Origin: Lama guanicoe
Lineage: Eukaryota
Assembly (NCBI GenBank): GCA_013239625.1
Contig: MU057352.1
Location: 30,325,277 to 30,389,276, forward strand
Reading direction: 5' to 3'
Length of the DNA stretch: 64,000 nucleotides
The position numbers were made by a program, and so were the translations under genes. This document shows, one piece after another, positions 63,100 through 64,000 of the stretch. The notes beneath the pieces were generated by a model, which was not told the DNA's origin, searched no databases, and saw only the letters and a list, made by a program, of their open reading frames with translations. The first letter of the stretch is position 1; the number at the start of each line of letters is the position of its first letter.

Positions 63100-63245
63100 T
63101 TTTTTCAGCCTCTCCAGGTGGGTGTAATTCCCTTCAGTTACCAGATGGGCAAACTGAGGCTGCGAGAGTAAACAGCCCACCCAAGACATACAGCCAGGAA
63201 GCCAGAGAGACCGGATTCAAACGCAGGTCTGTCTGACCACTGGGG
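63100..63245 (-). mobile_element. MIR fragment
   Basis: CAGATGGGCAAACTGAGGCT...CCCAAGACATACAGCCAGGAAG...GGATTCAAACGCAGGTCTGTCTGAC. Confidence 0.8.
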
Positions 63246-64000
63246 GCTGGTTTCCACCCTTAGTCACGACGCCCCCCCCAAGGGAAAGGCTGGGTCAGTG
63301 ACGAGCCTGGGGAGCCTGCGCTCACGGGGGCCCCAGGGAACAAGTCTCTGCCTGCCCACGGCGGCCTCGGTTTCTGCGTGGACGTCTGTTACACCCCTGC
63401 TCTGCACTGGGTGCTTACCAGGTGCTTCTCATGCCCCACTCTCTCCAGCCTTGGCCATCCTAGGAGCCACACCCCATTTTGCTTAAGGAGATGCTCGGAG
63501 AGGTTATGCCACTGCGCGTGGCAGTGGAATTAAGGTTCCAACACAAGGCCCTCCATTTGTCCCCTCGCTCTGCCTCCCAGGGAAGGGAAGACCAGAGGAG
63601 GGAGGACACATCTTGATGGCAGACACTGTGCTGAGTGGCTCCACTACTGAACCTGGAAAGTGTAGGTTCCAGCCCGGCTGCGTTTTTGGAAGCGTCATTT
63701 AACCTCTGTGTGACGTGGCTGCCATGATAGTATCTATCCGGTTTCCCCCTCGGGTGATTTGGCTGGTGCGTAACAGTCACACAGAGGGAGGTTTTCTCAT
63801 CACGCATCCAGCATCATGTCAGGGGGGTTGAAGTCTGAGGCACGGAAGGTGTGGGCAGATTTGGGCTCCGAGGATGCTCCCTGGAGCACGCCATCACGGC
63901 TTCTCCCTGGACGCGGAAGCCCCCGGCTCACAGGCTGGGGGCGGGGCTGCTGTCCCTGCAAGGCCCCGTCCGTGCAGGCGCACTGGGGCCCTTTCTGAAG

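Noticed and set aside
1-64000. Prokaryote-type systems (CRISPR arrays, operons, defence islands) or a novel multi-gene system
   Set aside because: The sequence is mammalian. I saw no regularly spaced repeat-spacer array and no credible intact gene. I also could not identify the host locus from sequence alone.

Overview
Mammalian genomic DNA, most likely from a camelid (camel, alpaca or llama). The evidence is two copies of a tRNA-Ala-derived Vic-1-type SINE and young artiodactyl-type L1 3' ends, with no Alu, BovB/Bov-tA or PRE1 seen. The window is GC- and CpG-rich and looks intergenic or intronic. I recognise no host protein-coding exon. The supplied ORFs are chance ORFs or decayed transposon remnants. 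Identifiable content: a decayed ERVL provirus at 0.9-2.4 kb (RNase H, integrase and dUTPase remnants) split by an antisense LTR, several solo LTRs (MLT1, MLT2, MER21-, MER34/39- and MER41-like), L1/L2/MIR fragments, and DNA-transposon relics (Tigger1-derived, MER5, MER45). I found no previously undescribed multi-gene system. The best-supported oddities are a strong local A/T-to-G/C skew in some repeats (possible GC-biased gene conversion), a template-switch-like palindrome at 3665-3701, an ETS plus double AP-1 palindrome, an excess of AP-1 sites, and candidate CTCF and nuclear-receptor elements. Repeat family names come from my recall of consensus sequences and need RepeatMasker/Dfam confirmation. 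Boundaries are approximate unless a TSD or terminus is cited.
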